Part shown: positions 1-59,200 of the stretch, piece by piece
Layout: each line of letters starts with the position of its first letter
How positions within the stretch are numbered: position 1 is the first letter of the stretch
DNA from: Octopus bimaculoides
Taxonomy: Eukaryota
Direction: 5' to 3'
Length of the DNA stretch: 64,000 nucleotides
Assembly (NCBI RefSeq): GCF_001194135.2
Contig: NC_068985.1
Location: 41,793,854-41,857,853, forward strand
The notes under the pieces: model-generated
The model's database searches: none
The model's input: the letters and a program-made list of their open reading frames with translations, nothing else
Told to the model about the DNA's origin: nothing
Position numbers and translations under genes: made by a program

Positions 1-1149
1 ACGATCTCGCTCGAATGTCTTTACACATGCTTCTGGCACAAGTGACAGGAAGGCAACGCTGGGCACAGGTGCCATCACGATTTCGCTTTCACTTGCCCCA
101 ACAGGTCTTCACAAGCCAAGTTTCATGTTCTTCATAGGAGCCAGTCCAGCGGCACTGGCAACGATCTCACTCGAATGTCTTTACACGTGCCAGGAAGGCG
201 ACGCTGGGCACAGGTGCCATTATATGTCGAAATTGTGATGACATTTGGTCAACAGCTGATGAAGGACTGAGCACATCTGCATTCATTGTGTCTGCTTTTT
301 ATCTACTTTTTCTATATGTTTCTTTGTTGTCCCCTTGTACCTCATGTTCATTATATTTTCTTTAGTTTGCTTCAGCCATCATGCTTAATGCCAAGCTGAA
401 ATATTGTTTTGTCTTTCTCTATATCAAAGAGTCCAATGTTTTTGTTGGGTTTTTCAGTATATGTAACACATCTAGTTGGTGAATCAATACGTGTGTGTGT
501 GTACACACATACATGTGTATATACAAGAGTGTACAAGTATGCATCAAAAACTAATGCAAATAAGAATTACATTGCTTTCTGACTCAACCATGTGTATGTG
601 GAGTATATAATTTCAAGTACCTCCATTACAAAAACATGGAGAATAAGCACTTCTTAGCTATATTCACTTAATCAAATAATTAAAGGTCATATTAAAAAAA
701 AAATAACGATGATGATGATGATTTCTAACCATGGCAGAGTATCACACATTGTAAGGGAGGGATATAATCAATTGAATCAACTTCAGGACTTGAGGGGTAC
801 TTGAAAGGTGAAGACAATCCCCAAGAAGACTTGAACTCAGAATGCAGACAAAAGTAAACAGTATTGCAAAATTTTTTAGAGAGCCTTATCTAGTCATGAC
901 ACTGCTGGGGAAAGTACTGACACATGCTGGCATGGGTTGGACAGTTTGACAGGAGCTGGCTAGCCAGAAGACTGCATCAGGCTTCAAAACAGACAATGAA
1001 ACCTGATGCAGTCTTCTGCCTAGCCAGCACCCTGTCAAACCGTCCAATCCATACCAGCATAGAAAATGGATGTTAAATGAGGATGATGATGATGATGATG
1101 AGGACATAAATGAAATCCATATTTTATATATAACTGAGAATATACTCAC

Positions 1150-47485
<46,336 letters not shown>

Positions 47486-47600
47486 CTTGTATGGTTTGCG
47501 AAACAGTGATATATGATTCAAGGGAGATCACTCTCCCTGCTTTTGAATTGTGTCCTTTGTCCTGTCGGCGTTTTTCGACGTTAAAATTTCTCAAGGGAAT
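47486..47600 (-). promoter_or_regulatory. Putative TBCD 5'UTR / core promoter region
   Basis: Immediately upstream of the ATG; local CpG retention (CGTCGAAAAACGCCGAC on minus). Position-based inference only; no TSS evidence. Confidence 0.35.
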
Positions 47601-50124
47601 ATGAATTCTATTAAAAAAAATCATAAAATGTCATAAGTAACAGAAAGGTTAATTGTTGAAATATTATTCTTAATTTAGTGTTTTTTGTCTTAAGCCTTTC
47701 GTCACACACCCTAAAATAAGAATAATAAAGCTGAAGTGAAGACCAATTATATAGTAATTGTTGAAACATCTTTTTAAGGGTAATACGTCAATCAGTCTTA
47801 ATAAAGTAATGCACAAGACTGATAGTAAATTAATGAAAATGTTATTTTCTCACATCATATATAAATTGTGTCCGAGTCATGAACTACTAGTAAATAACTG
47901 ATTTAAAATAGTTTTCTTTTATTACCCTAATTGTTAATAGTATTCAAATAAAATGCGACTTTATTCCAAGCTAAAATTGTTACTTTTTCCCGGACACCAG
48001 GGAACTATGGCACAACTGAATACAGTTATTGATTATCCAGGGCATGGGTTGACAAGACCGGCGTGGCATCAGACAAAATGTTTTCGCCGACGTAGATTTT
48101 ACTTTACGTTTCTTGCGGAGTCAATATAATAAATGAGTTAAGGGATAAGTGATGGGCACATTTGTTCAAGTGTAATTTTTTCTTTTTTAACTTTCATACC
48201 CATCTAATTGTTTCCTCGGGACTTTAAAAACAAAGATCTTTGGATTTATATGTTTTAAACAACGGATATTCAGAATCTTCACAATTTTGTAAGATCTATA
48301 GCAAAGGAAAATTTGTTATATGAATATAAAGGTTCTGAGGTCACCAGTTTGTTGATACCACCACTTTAATGTTGTCCATTGGTTATTAGTTCGACAAAAG
48401 TTATTCTTACGTCGGATTGACTCTATGGTTGTTAGTTGAAGATGACAATTCGGCGATGGTAGTTGTTGATAGCAGTGGGTTGCACATGAATTGACTTGCA
48501 TAGAGTTCCGCATGGAGATGTATAGTGTTTAATAGAGATGTCTCTGATGTGTTAACAGTAAATGAATGAGTACGTGAAGACATTAGTTTTGCTTTGTGTA
48601 TACAGAAAGATACTCGATAGAAGTGTTTCTAGTAAGCATGAGATAACGACATTGAGTTTGGTCTATACTGCTAGCGCACGTGGAAGAAGAATGTTCTTGT
48701 GTGAGAGAGGCCAGCGTTAACGCAATAGAACAAAACTGCATACAAGGAATCCTTTAGAAGCGAGACAAGGAACTCGACTGAACATGAATTTAGCAGAGAG
48801 TGCCTGTTCAAGGGAGCTTGTTTATTCAGCCAATCACAGACTGAAAACTTACGGTGTCGTCTGAGCCTACTTGAGATCCAAAAATGCATGTTTTAAACCC
48901 AAGTTAGTACAGACATGCTACAAATCAAAATATGATTATGGATGAATAATTTGTATACTCTGAGGAATATAACAAGCACCTTTTTTTGAATAGAAGTATA
49001 TTTTGTCTAAAATGCATAAATATGTTGTTTGTGTTGTATTACTGCAGCTATTGATATTTATACTAAGTCTATGGAAGAAAGAAAAGAAAAATTAATAAAT
49101 AACTGAGCAACAGAGGAGGTAGAATACTGTAAAGATCTTCACTGAGTTCAGAAAAGGATGCTATTGGTCCGTTTGGAAGCGAATTGCCTTCAGTGAATCA
49201 CCTTATTGTTGCAAAGAACTATTTAAAACATGAGAATATTTTGGTTCTTTTGTGAAATCGATCAAAGGAAAAAGCGAAATGAGAAGTGGATTAAATTCTT
49301 TGGTGGAAATATGGTTGTTAGAAACTTGTTTATACTTATAAAACAACAATATGCAATAATTCTGTGGGGAAAATATGTAACTTTTGGGTTTGGGATTTTG
49401 GTTTTCAGTTGCACTTAATCGATACAAAAATGGTCAAATATAGTATTCCTTTACAGAAGAAAATTACAAGATTAGTTAAGCTTATAAACATATCTTTCCT
49501 CATATCCTTCTTTATCCTCATATCCTTTACCTTTCTCTCTTTTTCCTTCCCACCCCTCTTTCTCTTTTTCATCCTCTGCTGTCTTCTCGGTCTCTATCTA
49601 GTTTTAAAGTATCAAAAAATATATAAGAGAATCTGAAACTTGGACAATTGATAGTGAAAGAACAGATTTATATTTTGGAGGTTTTCCAAAGAATAGATGA
49701 AATCCTGCCATAAATATACAGATATATCAGCAGAGTAAGAATTTCATCAGGTACTGTAGACTTACTCTTTCAACTTGCAATCTTTCTCTTCCTGCAAAAT
49801 CGTAACACATGAATATAATATATAAATATAAAATGCATAACTATTATATATATAAAACACGTCAAGTTTTTTATTAATCGCAGTTTACAAAAGTAAAAAT
49901 GATCAAATAAATAAAGAAATAGGCACTCTTCCTGTTTTATAAAAAATTTTTTTTTAGTTAAAACTAGTTATATTAATAGCAAAATATAAAGCAAGACTCA
50001 AGTCACAGATAACCAATTCTAGATGCCTTGAGACTATTTCATGAAATACCCAATTTAACATATCAACAGGCTAAAAATTTAAATCTACTGATAATGAATT
50101 TAAAACTATCACAAGTGTCACAAA

Positions 50125-50942
50125 TAGTATAGTATGCGGTCTACCACGGTGTCAAACAGGGTTATCTACCTTACCTTTCAGATATTTCCAGACATTTTAG
50201 AGATAAAACATTTCAGATATCTAAGAGATTAAAAAACTTCAGATATTTCAGAATCATAGTTTTAGCATCTAACCATGATCACTCATTGGCCTGAGTGTGT
50301 GCTCCGGTCAGTGGATCCACATAATGTCGTTGATAGTTCACTGTCAGATGATGATAACTTATGGCATTTAAATTATTATAAGCGGGCCACTCATCTGAAT
50401 GAATTAGTGGACCTTTTTCACGTTCTCTTTCAATAATTAGGATTAGACTGTTCCCGTCACGCCGTTCCACACAAGTCTAAGCCTTGTTTGAGACCAAAAA
50501 CCCACGGCCCATCAATTCTACGTCCATGGTGCCTGTTGTTTCGTTGTTCTGCATCACTGTCTTTGAAAAGAGGAACGTTGTCACCATTCAGCATTCTTCC
50601 TCAATTGTATTTTCGTCGAGCTGAAAGGGGTTATCATTTGTTCCAACCATCTTCCCTCGTCGTTCATGATAAACTATGACTCTACACACATCGTGGCACA
50701 TATTGTACCAGTCAGTTATTATATTTTTAGATTTTCCTGTTAGAATCACTGCTGTAGTCATGGGTATATGCATGACAAAGAAAAATATTAGTTCTAAGAT
50801 CTCACTCAGGCTCAGCTTGCAGTTTAATTTGTTGTTAATGTCCGTATAATGGAAAAAATTGGTTTCCTTTACGAATTGAACGTTTAAAGTAGATAACCCC
50901 GGCTATACTGTTTGACAACGTGGTAGACCGCACACTATACTA
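50125..50942 (-). mobile_element. Internally deleted Merlin/ISXO2 (IS1595-like) DNA transposon with TIRs
   Basis: TIR pair TAGTATAGTRTGCGGTCTACCACGKTGTCAAACAG at 50125-50159 and 50908-50942; transposase remnants KLSLSEIL...TDWYNMCHDVC...QLDE and IHSDEWPAY..L...HLTVN...YVDPLTGAHTQ. Confidence 0.8.
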
Positions 50943-51124
50943 GCACCGATTTTTCTACGACAGTTTTACATAAATGTTCTCTATCATTTTTCACACACAC
51001 ACACAATTTACATATATTGGTTTGTTCATAAAAAAGAACAACTGTTATTCATATAGATGTCGTCAAATCTCGTTCATTACCTGCAGCGAGCAATGACTCC
51101 CTCAGCACTTACGTTTTCTCGTTT

Positions 51125-51345
51125 AATATTCTTTTCTACTCTAGGCACAAGGCCCAAAATTTTCTTTTGAGTGGGAGGGAGTCGATTAGATCGACTCAGT
51201 ATGCAACTGGTACTTAATTTATCGATCCTGAAAGGATGAAAGGCAAATTCGACCTCGGCGGAATTTGAACTCAGGACGTAAAGACAGATGAAATACCGCT
51301 AAGCATTTCGCCCGGTGTGCTAACGCTTCTGCCAGCTTGCCACTT
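51125..51345 (-). mobile_element. Family B SINE, CpG-retaining
   Basis: Full-length; 11 CpG dinucleotides counted in 51181-51330. Confidence 0.8.
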
Positions 51346-51842
51346 TTTAATATTGAACCGAAGTACACGGGCCTCAGCAGACGTTCTCAGAATGGTGAGG
51401 TCAATGTAGATAATGTTCACCTTGAATTTGTATGTTAGTATCTGTAGAGAGGACATTGATAAGGAAGGTGATCCAGAGATTTATGATTCTGAGTGAGAAG
51501 AATTTGGAATAAATGTTTGGCGTGTATTTTAGTATTGTTAATTTTTTTAATAGTTCAGAGAATCAAGAACTATTGTTATAGCAGTGAAAAATACAAAACA
51601 AAATAAAAGAGAATGCAACAAAGTATTGTGTCGTCTGAAGGCTGGTCCTATAAATCTATGAACCCAATGCTCATCTATATATGCTGTAGTTGTGTTGCGT
51701 GTGTGTAAGCCACAGTGCTTTACTTTGGCTGGGGGCTAATAATATTAAATCAGCCCTGAAATGATTTGTCGTTTATAGGTGAATGAAGGTTTGACAATCA
51801 GTTGTTTTTATGCGATTTAAAATATTAAACCAAAATATATTG

Positions 51843-52050
51843 ATTTCAAATTTTGGCACAAGGCCAGCAATTACAGGGGAGGCGGTAAGTCGATTATATT
51901 ACTTCCGGTGCTCAACTGGTACTTGTTTTATCGATCCCGACATTATGAAAGGCAAAGCCAACCTCAGCGGAATTTGAACTCAGAATGTAAAAACGGACGA
52001 AATGTCGCTAAGCATTTTGACCGGCATGTTAACTATTCTGTCGGTTCGCC
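51843..52050 (-). mobile_element. Family B SINE, diverged but CpG-retaining
   Basis: Same family blocks; further copies at 60050-60510 (-) and 60790-60845 (+). Confidence 0.75.
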
Positions 52051-52475
52051 GCCTTTTATTCCAAGATATATTGACAGTACTCTAATATGGATCACACTTG
52101 TACATTGTAGAGGGTTCGACAAATTGTGCATCGTTGAAGTATTCTCCCCACTTCTCTTCCATTAGTTTTTCACCTTGAAATACATAGCATTTCAACATAA
52201 ACCTAGTAAGACTAGTTTTGGAGATGAGAGAGTGTACTCAGAGTTTGCAAGGTCAAGCACTTTTCAGAGTTTGTGAATAGTTTGATTGAGCTGCTTCATA
52301 GTTAGAAAAGTGTTGTGGTGTAAGTGTTGATTTAATGTCTCACAAAGAAAAAAGAAAAACAAACCTGCATCAGGAATTGATATTTAGTTACCACATTCGG
52401 TTGTCGCTACCCCAGTTAATTAAATTAAAGTCCTGCAAACCAGCGTCGAAAAGCGCCGTAAATCAACAAGGAATA

Positions 52476-52552
<77 letters not shown>

Positions 52553-55500
52553 NNNNNNNNNNNNNNNNNNNNNNNNNNNNNNNNNNNNNNNNNNNNNNNN
52601 NNNNNNNNNNNNNNNNNNNNNNNNNNNNNNNNNNNNNNNNNNNNNNNNNNNNNNNNNNNNNNNNNNNNNNNNNNNNNNNNNNNNNNNNNNNNNNNNNNNN
52701 NNNNNNNNNNNNNNNNNNNNNNNNNNNNNNNNNNNNNNNNNNNNNNNNNNNNNNNNNNNNNNNNNNNNNNNNNNNNNNNNNNNNNNNNNNNNNNNNNNNN
52801 NNNNNNNNNNNNNNNNNNNNNNNNNNNNNNNNNNNNNNNNNNNNNNNNNNNNNNNNNNNNNNNNNNNNNNNNNNNNNNNNNNNNNNNNNNNNNNNNNNNN
52901 NNNNNNNNNNNNNNNNNNNNNNNNNNNNNNNNNNNNNNNNNNNNNNNNNNNNNNNNNNNNNNNNNNNNNNNNNNNNNNNNNNNNNNNNNNNNNNNNNNNN
53001 NNNNNNNNNNNNNNNNNNNNNNNNNNNNNNNNNNNNNNNNNNNNNNNNNNNNNNNNNNNNNNNNNNNNNNNNNNNNNNNNNNNNNNNNNNNNNNNNNNNN
53101 NNNNNNNNNNNNNNNNNNNNNNNNNNNNNNNNNNNNNNNNNNNNNNNNNNNNNNNNNNNNNGCCGACCTGATTCTGCATTTCACTACAAACAGTTTTGAA
53201 CTGTTAAATATTATTATTGCACTTCCTTAATTTGAATCTTAAACCTTAAACACCTCATTCATTAATTTCTACACATACATACTTTTTTGAATGCCCATTA
53301 CTCCGATAATTCTGCATTTTTACAGTTACACTTTGTCCATGACAGTAGATAAATTTTTTTCCACAACATATTTGTAGTGGCTTCATGCAAGCATAGCGTG
53401 GAATCGATCTTCGATTGCCAAATTTAACTTAACACTTTTCTCATGGTAAAAGAATAGGTTTTCTATGAATGACAGCAGTTATACATTTCCCAGATGCCTC
53501 CGCTAAGCAGAATAATGTCTTTGCCACTTGACCCTTCTAATCTCTTCTAGGCCACCGGGGGCTAGAATTGAGACAGCAGACCTCCAACGAAATCATTTGT
53601 TCTCAACAATATGTCTATCCTTCTGGCTGCTTTTTGATAGTTATAAAAACAAGAACTCCGTAAGCTAAAAGCAGTTACTGCGAGCGACCACCAGTCAGTG
53701 TGAACGTCATTATTGTACTTTATTATAACACTTCATTCATATATTTCTATATATGTATACTACATTCATATATTACCTTTAATAAATTAGCCTTTAGAAT
53801 GCCACGACGTGTAAGAGTACGACTGGGTGCTTCTACTTCACAAGCTAATGCAACAACGGCGATCTCAAGTAATTCTCTGATTCATTATGTTTCATATTTA
53901 CAAAATAAAACAATTATTCTTCGTCTATTCTAATTCAATATCTAAACAGTTATATACATATTGCTGTAATTAATTGACACATTGCATTAATAGACATTTT
54001 TTTCAACATCTTCAAATAACTAAATGCTGCCAATGCATGCAGGGTTTTCACAATTAAATTTCATTACACTATGAATGCCCATAACTCCGATAATTCTACT
54101 TTTTTCAAGTTCAAATTTTACGATGATAGTGCATACATTTTTCATTCCACAACGTATTTCATAAGTTTGTCCTAGTACAATGAACTCGCACTTTCAATGC
54201 TTAAGATTCTTTAAAAATAAAACCAAACTTCCACACCACATTGACTTGCAGAGTTCCCAAACCCAGAGCAAGACGCTCAGCTCTACAACATTGTGAAGAA
54301 ACACATAATTCACGGGCCCTGTGGAAGCTTTAACCCTTCGTCTCCTTGCATGGGGAATAATATATGCACCAAAAGGTTCCCCAGACCATTCGTTCAAGAA
54401 ACACGAACTGGACATGACGGTTATCCACTCTACAGGCGGAGCAAACCTGAACATGGCCGTTATACTGCAACACTGAAGACACACCAGCAAGAGGTTGAAG
54501 TTGACAACAGATGGATTGTGCCATTCAACAAACTCCTATCGAAAATGTTTGAGGCACACATCAGCGTCGAATCATGTAATTCTGTTAAGAGCATAAAATA
54601 CATCTGCAAATACATCAACAAGGGGTCCGATATGGCAGTTTTTGGAATCAATGTGGATGAACAGCAAACAAATGAAATAAGACGTTATCTACTGGAAAGA
54701 TACATATCATCAAATGAGGCGATTTGGCGTATATTTGAATTTCCACTTCACAGACGGTATCCAACGGTTGTGAATCTAGCTGTTCATCTTGAAAGCGGAG
54801 AGCGTGTCTATTTCACGGAAGATAATGCTCAACAGAAATTTCAACAGCCCCCAAAAACAACTCTTACAGCTTTCTTCGACCTATGCAAAACAGACAATTT
54901 TGCCCGATCCCTGCTTTATGTTGAAGTACCTGTCTGTTACACCTGGTAACGAAAAAAATGGGTAAAACGTATAAATCGAACTCCAGTTATCGCCTATAAG
55001 GCAGAAGAGATATTTCAAAGCAATGCTATTGAGTGAGTTTACATAGTCCATCCAAATCAACAAGAGTGCTTCTTTTTACGTCTCCTCCTACACACTGTCC
55101 GAGGTCCCACATGTTATCAAGATCTGCGAATGTTTAATAGAGAGCTCTGTCCAACCTTTAGGGTGGCCTGTGCCAAACATGAACTACTTGAAGATGATAC
55201 TCACTGGCACCAAACACTCGACGAGGCCTCTGTCGCCAAAATTTCAACTCAACTATGCCAATTATTCTCCATCGTGCTTATGACATGTGCCTTGGGTGAT
55301 CCTGTAAAGTTTTGGGAGGATTACAGAGAAAGCATGTCAGAGGATATACTACACAGAATTCAAAGACAGAACCCATTGGAAACTGTCGAATACAACGAGG
55401 CTATTTTCAACGAGGCATTCAATGACCTAGACAACCGGGTGAAATCCATGGCAATTTGGTGTCAAATATACATGAACTATTGGCGAGAGTTTTCCCTAAT

Positions 55501-55741
55501 CTGAACACACAATTCAAAGATCATTGTTGGCTGAGAAAACGTGCAATTTTGGCGCCAAAAAATATCGCAGTAGATGGCGTAAACAATCACCTTCTGGAAC
55601 AAATGCCTGGCGATCGTCGAACATACAAGTCAACTGATACTGTGTTCCACACCAATGATGCTGTTCATTACCCTGTTGAATTCCTCAATAGCCTTGTACC
55701 TTCAGGTCTACCACTGCATGAATTGCATCTAAAGGTTGGAG

Positions 55742-55760
55742 CCTAACCCTAACCCTAACC
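55742..55760 (+). repeat. Three (CCTAAC) units, TTAGGG telomere-type repeat on the minus strand
   Basis: CCTAACCCTAACCCTAACC. Confidence 0.8.
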
Positions 55761-56138
55761 TTGATCCTCTAAAATTATGCAATGGCAAATGCAAAAAGTT
55801 GATGCAGACAATGTTGGAGGCAACAATACTGACTGGGAAAGCAAGTGGTGAAGATGTTTTCATTCTAAAGATTCCTCTCATTCCTTCCAGCATACAAATT
55901 GATTTCAAAAGGCTACAATTCCCACTGAGATTAAGCTTTGCAAAGAGCATCAACAAAGCAATGGTCAGATATTGGAAGTGGTAGGCCTTAATCTTGCAGA
56001 ACCTGCTTTTTCTCACGGACAGCTCTATGTCGGATGCTCTAGAGTTGGAAATCCGGAAAATTTATTCATCTATGCACCCAACGGTAAAACCAAAAACATT
56101 GTGTATCACGAAATTTTGGAACAAAGGTGCCTCTTTCC

Positions 56139-56276
56139 CCGACAACCTCTCTCGCCAACCTCCAACAACCTCTCCCGCCAACCTCGGAAAACTTCTGTCG
56201 ACAACTTCCGACGACCTCTCTCGCCAATCTCCGACAACCTCTCTCGCCAACCTCCAACAATCTCTCCCTGCTCCAA
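56139..56276 (+). repeat. 23-bp minisatellite, 6 units, in Helitron 3' region
   Basis: Unit CCGACAACCTCTCTCGCCAACCT starting at 56139, 56162, 56185, 56208, 56231, 56254. Confidence 0.85.
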
Positions 56277-59200
56277 CTGACAGTTTTTGTATGTTTTCGT
56301 GACGGAAAATACACCTTTTGTGGCAGTTATAACGAAATTGCATTCTTATATCAGAGTAATAAGGCGTTTCAATAGAACATCTTTACCCCCGGGAATTATC
56401 GGTACACCAGCTAGTATGTATGTATGTACGCATACGAAAGTTAGAAGAGGTGTAATTATTGTGATAGCAGTGGGGGGAAAAAACCCCAGAAAAAGCAGGA
56501 AACTACACATTTGTAAACTACACGCTGAAGTGTATTGTGAATTAATCTTTGTCAAATGAGTTGGATGGTCTTCATTTTGATGTGGCCTACAATGTTTGCG
56601 TGTATAAATTCAGCAATGTGTCATTTATATGTACTGTATTACATTGCAGCTTTTACTTGAGTTTCGTAGGCCAACGTCTAATTCCTAACTCTATAGAGGG
56701 AGGTTACTCTGTGAGATGCGGTTTTATTCATAGATATGGAACCGCTGTGAGAGATCATCAAAGATTGTAAAGTTTTAGTACTTGATGTGACGTAAAAAGT
56801 GTAGCCGAATAGTCTTCAATGCTGTTTCGATTCTTAGTTGAAGACATATCTCATTTCATTCATTCTTGGAAAGACGCTATGTCCTGATTTCCACTTCCCT
56901 AGTCGCCCATCGAGGGGTGTCTTAATACAGTAGATCAAATGATCTGCTCAACTTATCGCATTCTACATAGCTTGAAAAAAAATAGTTTTGATTTTACTAG
57001 AGCCTTGTGGAGAGATGCTCAAAAAGTAATAATTTCGTTTACTGATTACATTAAATAGAAAAAATAAAGTGAGAAATCCAAATCTCACATACGTCATCTG
57101 CAAGGGAAGGGATGCAAGAATGTATGTTCATACCTTTCTCAAGTATTTAAAGTGAACCTTTTGGAATGGATCGACTCGGATTAACTATTTTACTTTTGTA
57201 TCTTAAGCATGTTGTTTTATAGGCATTAAGTAAGCAAAAATGTTCAGTTCATACCTTTCCTACTAGCATTGAAAATTCACGTGAAAACAGTGCTATCTGG
57301 GTAACACTACCAATCTACTGAGAACCCGAACCAACGAAGGAGCCTTTACGCGATCGTTTGGCCTGATCGCCTTCAAATCACATTTCTCCCTTAAAACCAA
57401 AGAGTCCTAGATAAATCATGTCTTAAAAAATGATGGGATGATCACGACTAGGACGCTTTGCTTTTCTCAATCATGGTACCAACACACTTAAACTTCTAAC
57501 CCACAGATGTGTTCTGTCTTCTCTCCAGCTTTTTTACCGCTACTACAGTGACTCCTTCACCTCACAACTTTGTGGTAGAACTAAAAGCTTACCATTCAGT
57601 CGGAATAAATTCTCCATTCGCGAGAAGTGGGGAAAATAGCAGCCCATAAGAAGCCATTGTTTTATAACATCATAATGCACTTTAAAGGTTCAATTATGGA
57701 CAATAACAATTGGCCGAAACGTAACGTAGGCGAAAAAGTGTAAGAACCTATTAATTGACTGTACTATAATACAGAGGGTGACTCAGTCCGTACATCGGTC
57801 CGAGGCCCAGAGCACCAATGAAGGGCTTGTGAATATCTAAGGCGCTCCCTTCGAAAAGGAAACTGCGCCAGTTTTCGAGAGTATTGCCATTCTCACCAGG
57901 CCAGACAAAAGCAATAATATTCTGCTTTACAAAATTTCTGCTGAATGATCTCGTGTCAACTCAGTCACTTTCGCCTCACTCGTATCTCCTCCACTTGGAT
58001 ACTAATTACAATAGCTAATCTTTGTCCCAGAACGTCGATACACTGGAATGTCTCTTACCCTGCACATGGTTTTTCCTTGAAACTGTCGACTTAGCTTGCG
58101 AAGGTAACAAGCACAGCCCCTTCCATCAGACTAATCCGAAACAAAACAAAAAACTGCCGATTTGGGGTTAAACAAACCATCCCATCACGTCGCCCAAAAA
58201 TAAATAGGTCGGAATAACAAAATATACGAACACTGTAACTTATTCCTTTATTCCTATATTCTACTACTATTACTACTACCCGGTGATTCAACGAACACGA
58301 TTATATGAATATAAACAACCAATATGGCTCAGGTTAGTAACATTTTTTAAGCTGTCTTCAGTTTGTTTCTAATTTCGATAAAATTAATGTCCATTCAGCA
58401 GGGCCTTTATTATATTGTATCTCAATATACATTTCCAGTTATTACATGTATTACAGGCGTTCTTAATAACGTTTTTAAACATGTTTTATCCTCCGAATAA
58501 TTCATGTCTACACAGAAATTATCTACTCAGAACTACTATAGTTAAAACATTTGCACAGTCAACGGATACACATTTTTGGGTCTTATGTAGGTCCATTCTT
58601 CTTAATTTTATAATTGTTGATTTGAGACAATAATAATTTGTGTGTCAGAGTACCAACAAAATCATCGTTATCGTAAAAATTGTTTAGTCATCGCATTGGT
58701 TGCTACTTACGTGGATAGTAACTGTCAAAATATTAGGGAGACGTGTATACGAATAATATGTGTGTGTGTGTGTGTGTGTTTAGATACTTGCTGTCTACTT
58801 GTAAACACAGAAAAAGTACTCAATGCATATACAGTTTATTTAATTCGTTCGCTATTGCTTCGAGTTTCTCTTGTTTACTCATTTGTTCTGGTGCCTTATT
58901 CTCACTACATACTTACACATACTGATTCAGTGATATTTCGTTTATATTGCCTGCTAATCAGTATTGTAGCTTTCGAAATAACAGTTCTGTGTTAGAGTTG
59001 TGGTGGAAGTAGTTTAGCTTAGATCGTCCCTCATCGAGCAGACTTATAGTCAAAGCCGTTCCAACCGTGATCATTGTTTTTAACGAGGAACACAAGATGA
59101 TGTAGTCCTGGTCAAGATGAATTTTTGCTATATTCCCACCCCCGTTTTGTGAAGCAAGTGAAAACTCTAATCTGCAGACTTTTGGAATAGTTAGTTATTA

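Larger units (their letters stand above)
53162..56414 (+). mobile_element. Internally deleted Helitron (Rep and PIF1-like helicase remnants)
   Basis: MPRR start at 53799; HGPCG...CTKRFP...GYPLYRR...DNRWIVPFN...HISVE...KYICKYINKGSD; ILAPKN, PSGLPLHELHLKVG, LCNG, QFPLRLSFA, FSHGQLYVGCSRV; decayed hairpin 56389-56402 and CTAG|T terminus 56411-56415; 5' end probably in the gap. Confidence 0.9.

Noticed and set aside
48671-48889. 72-aa ORF, GTAAGT donor-like site, CCAAT box (about 48829-48837) and CACGTG upstream of TBCD
   Set aside because: No recognisable protein; short motifs are expected by chance and no TSS evidence is available
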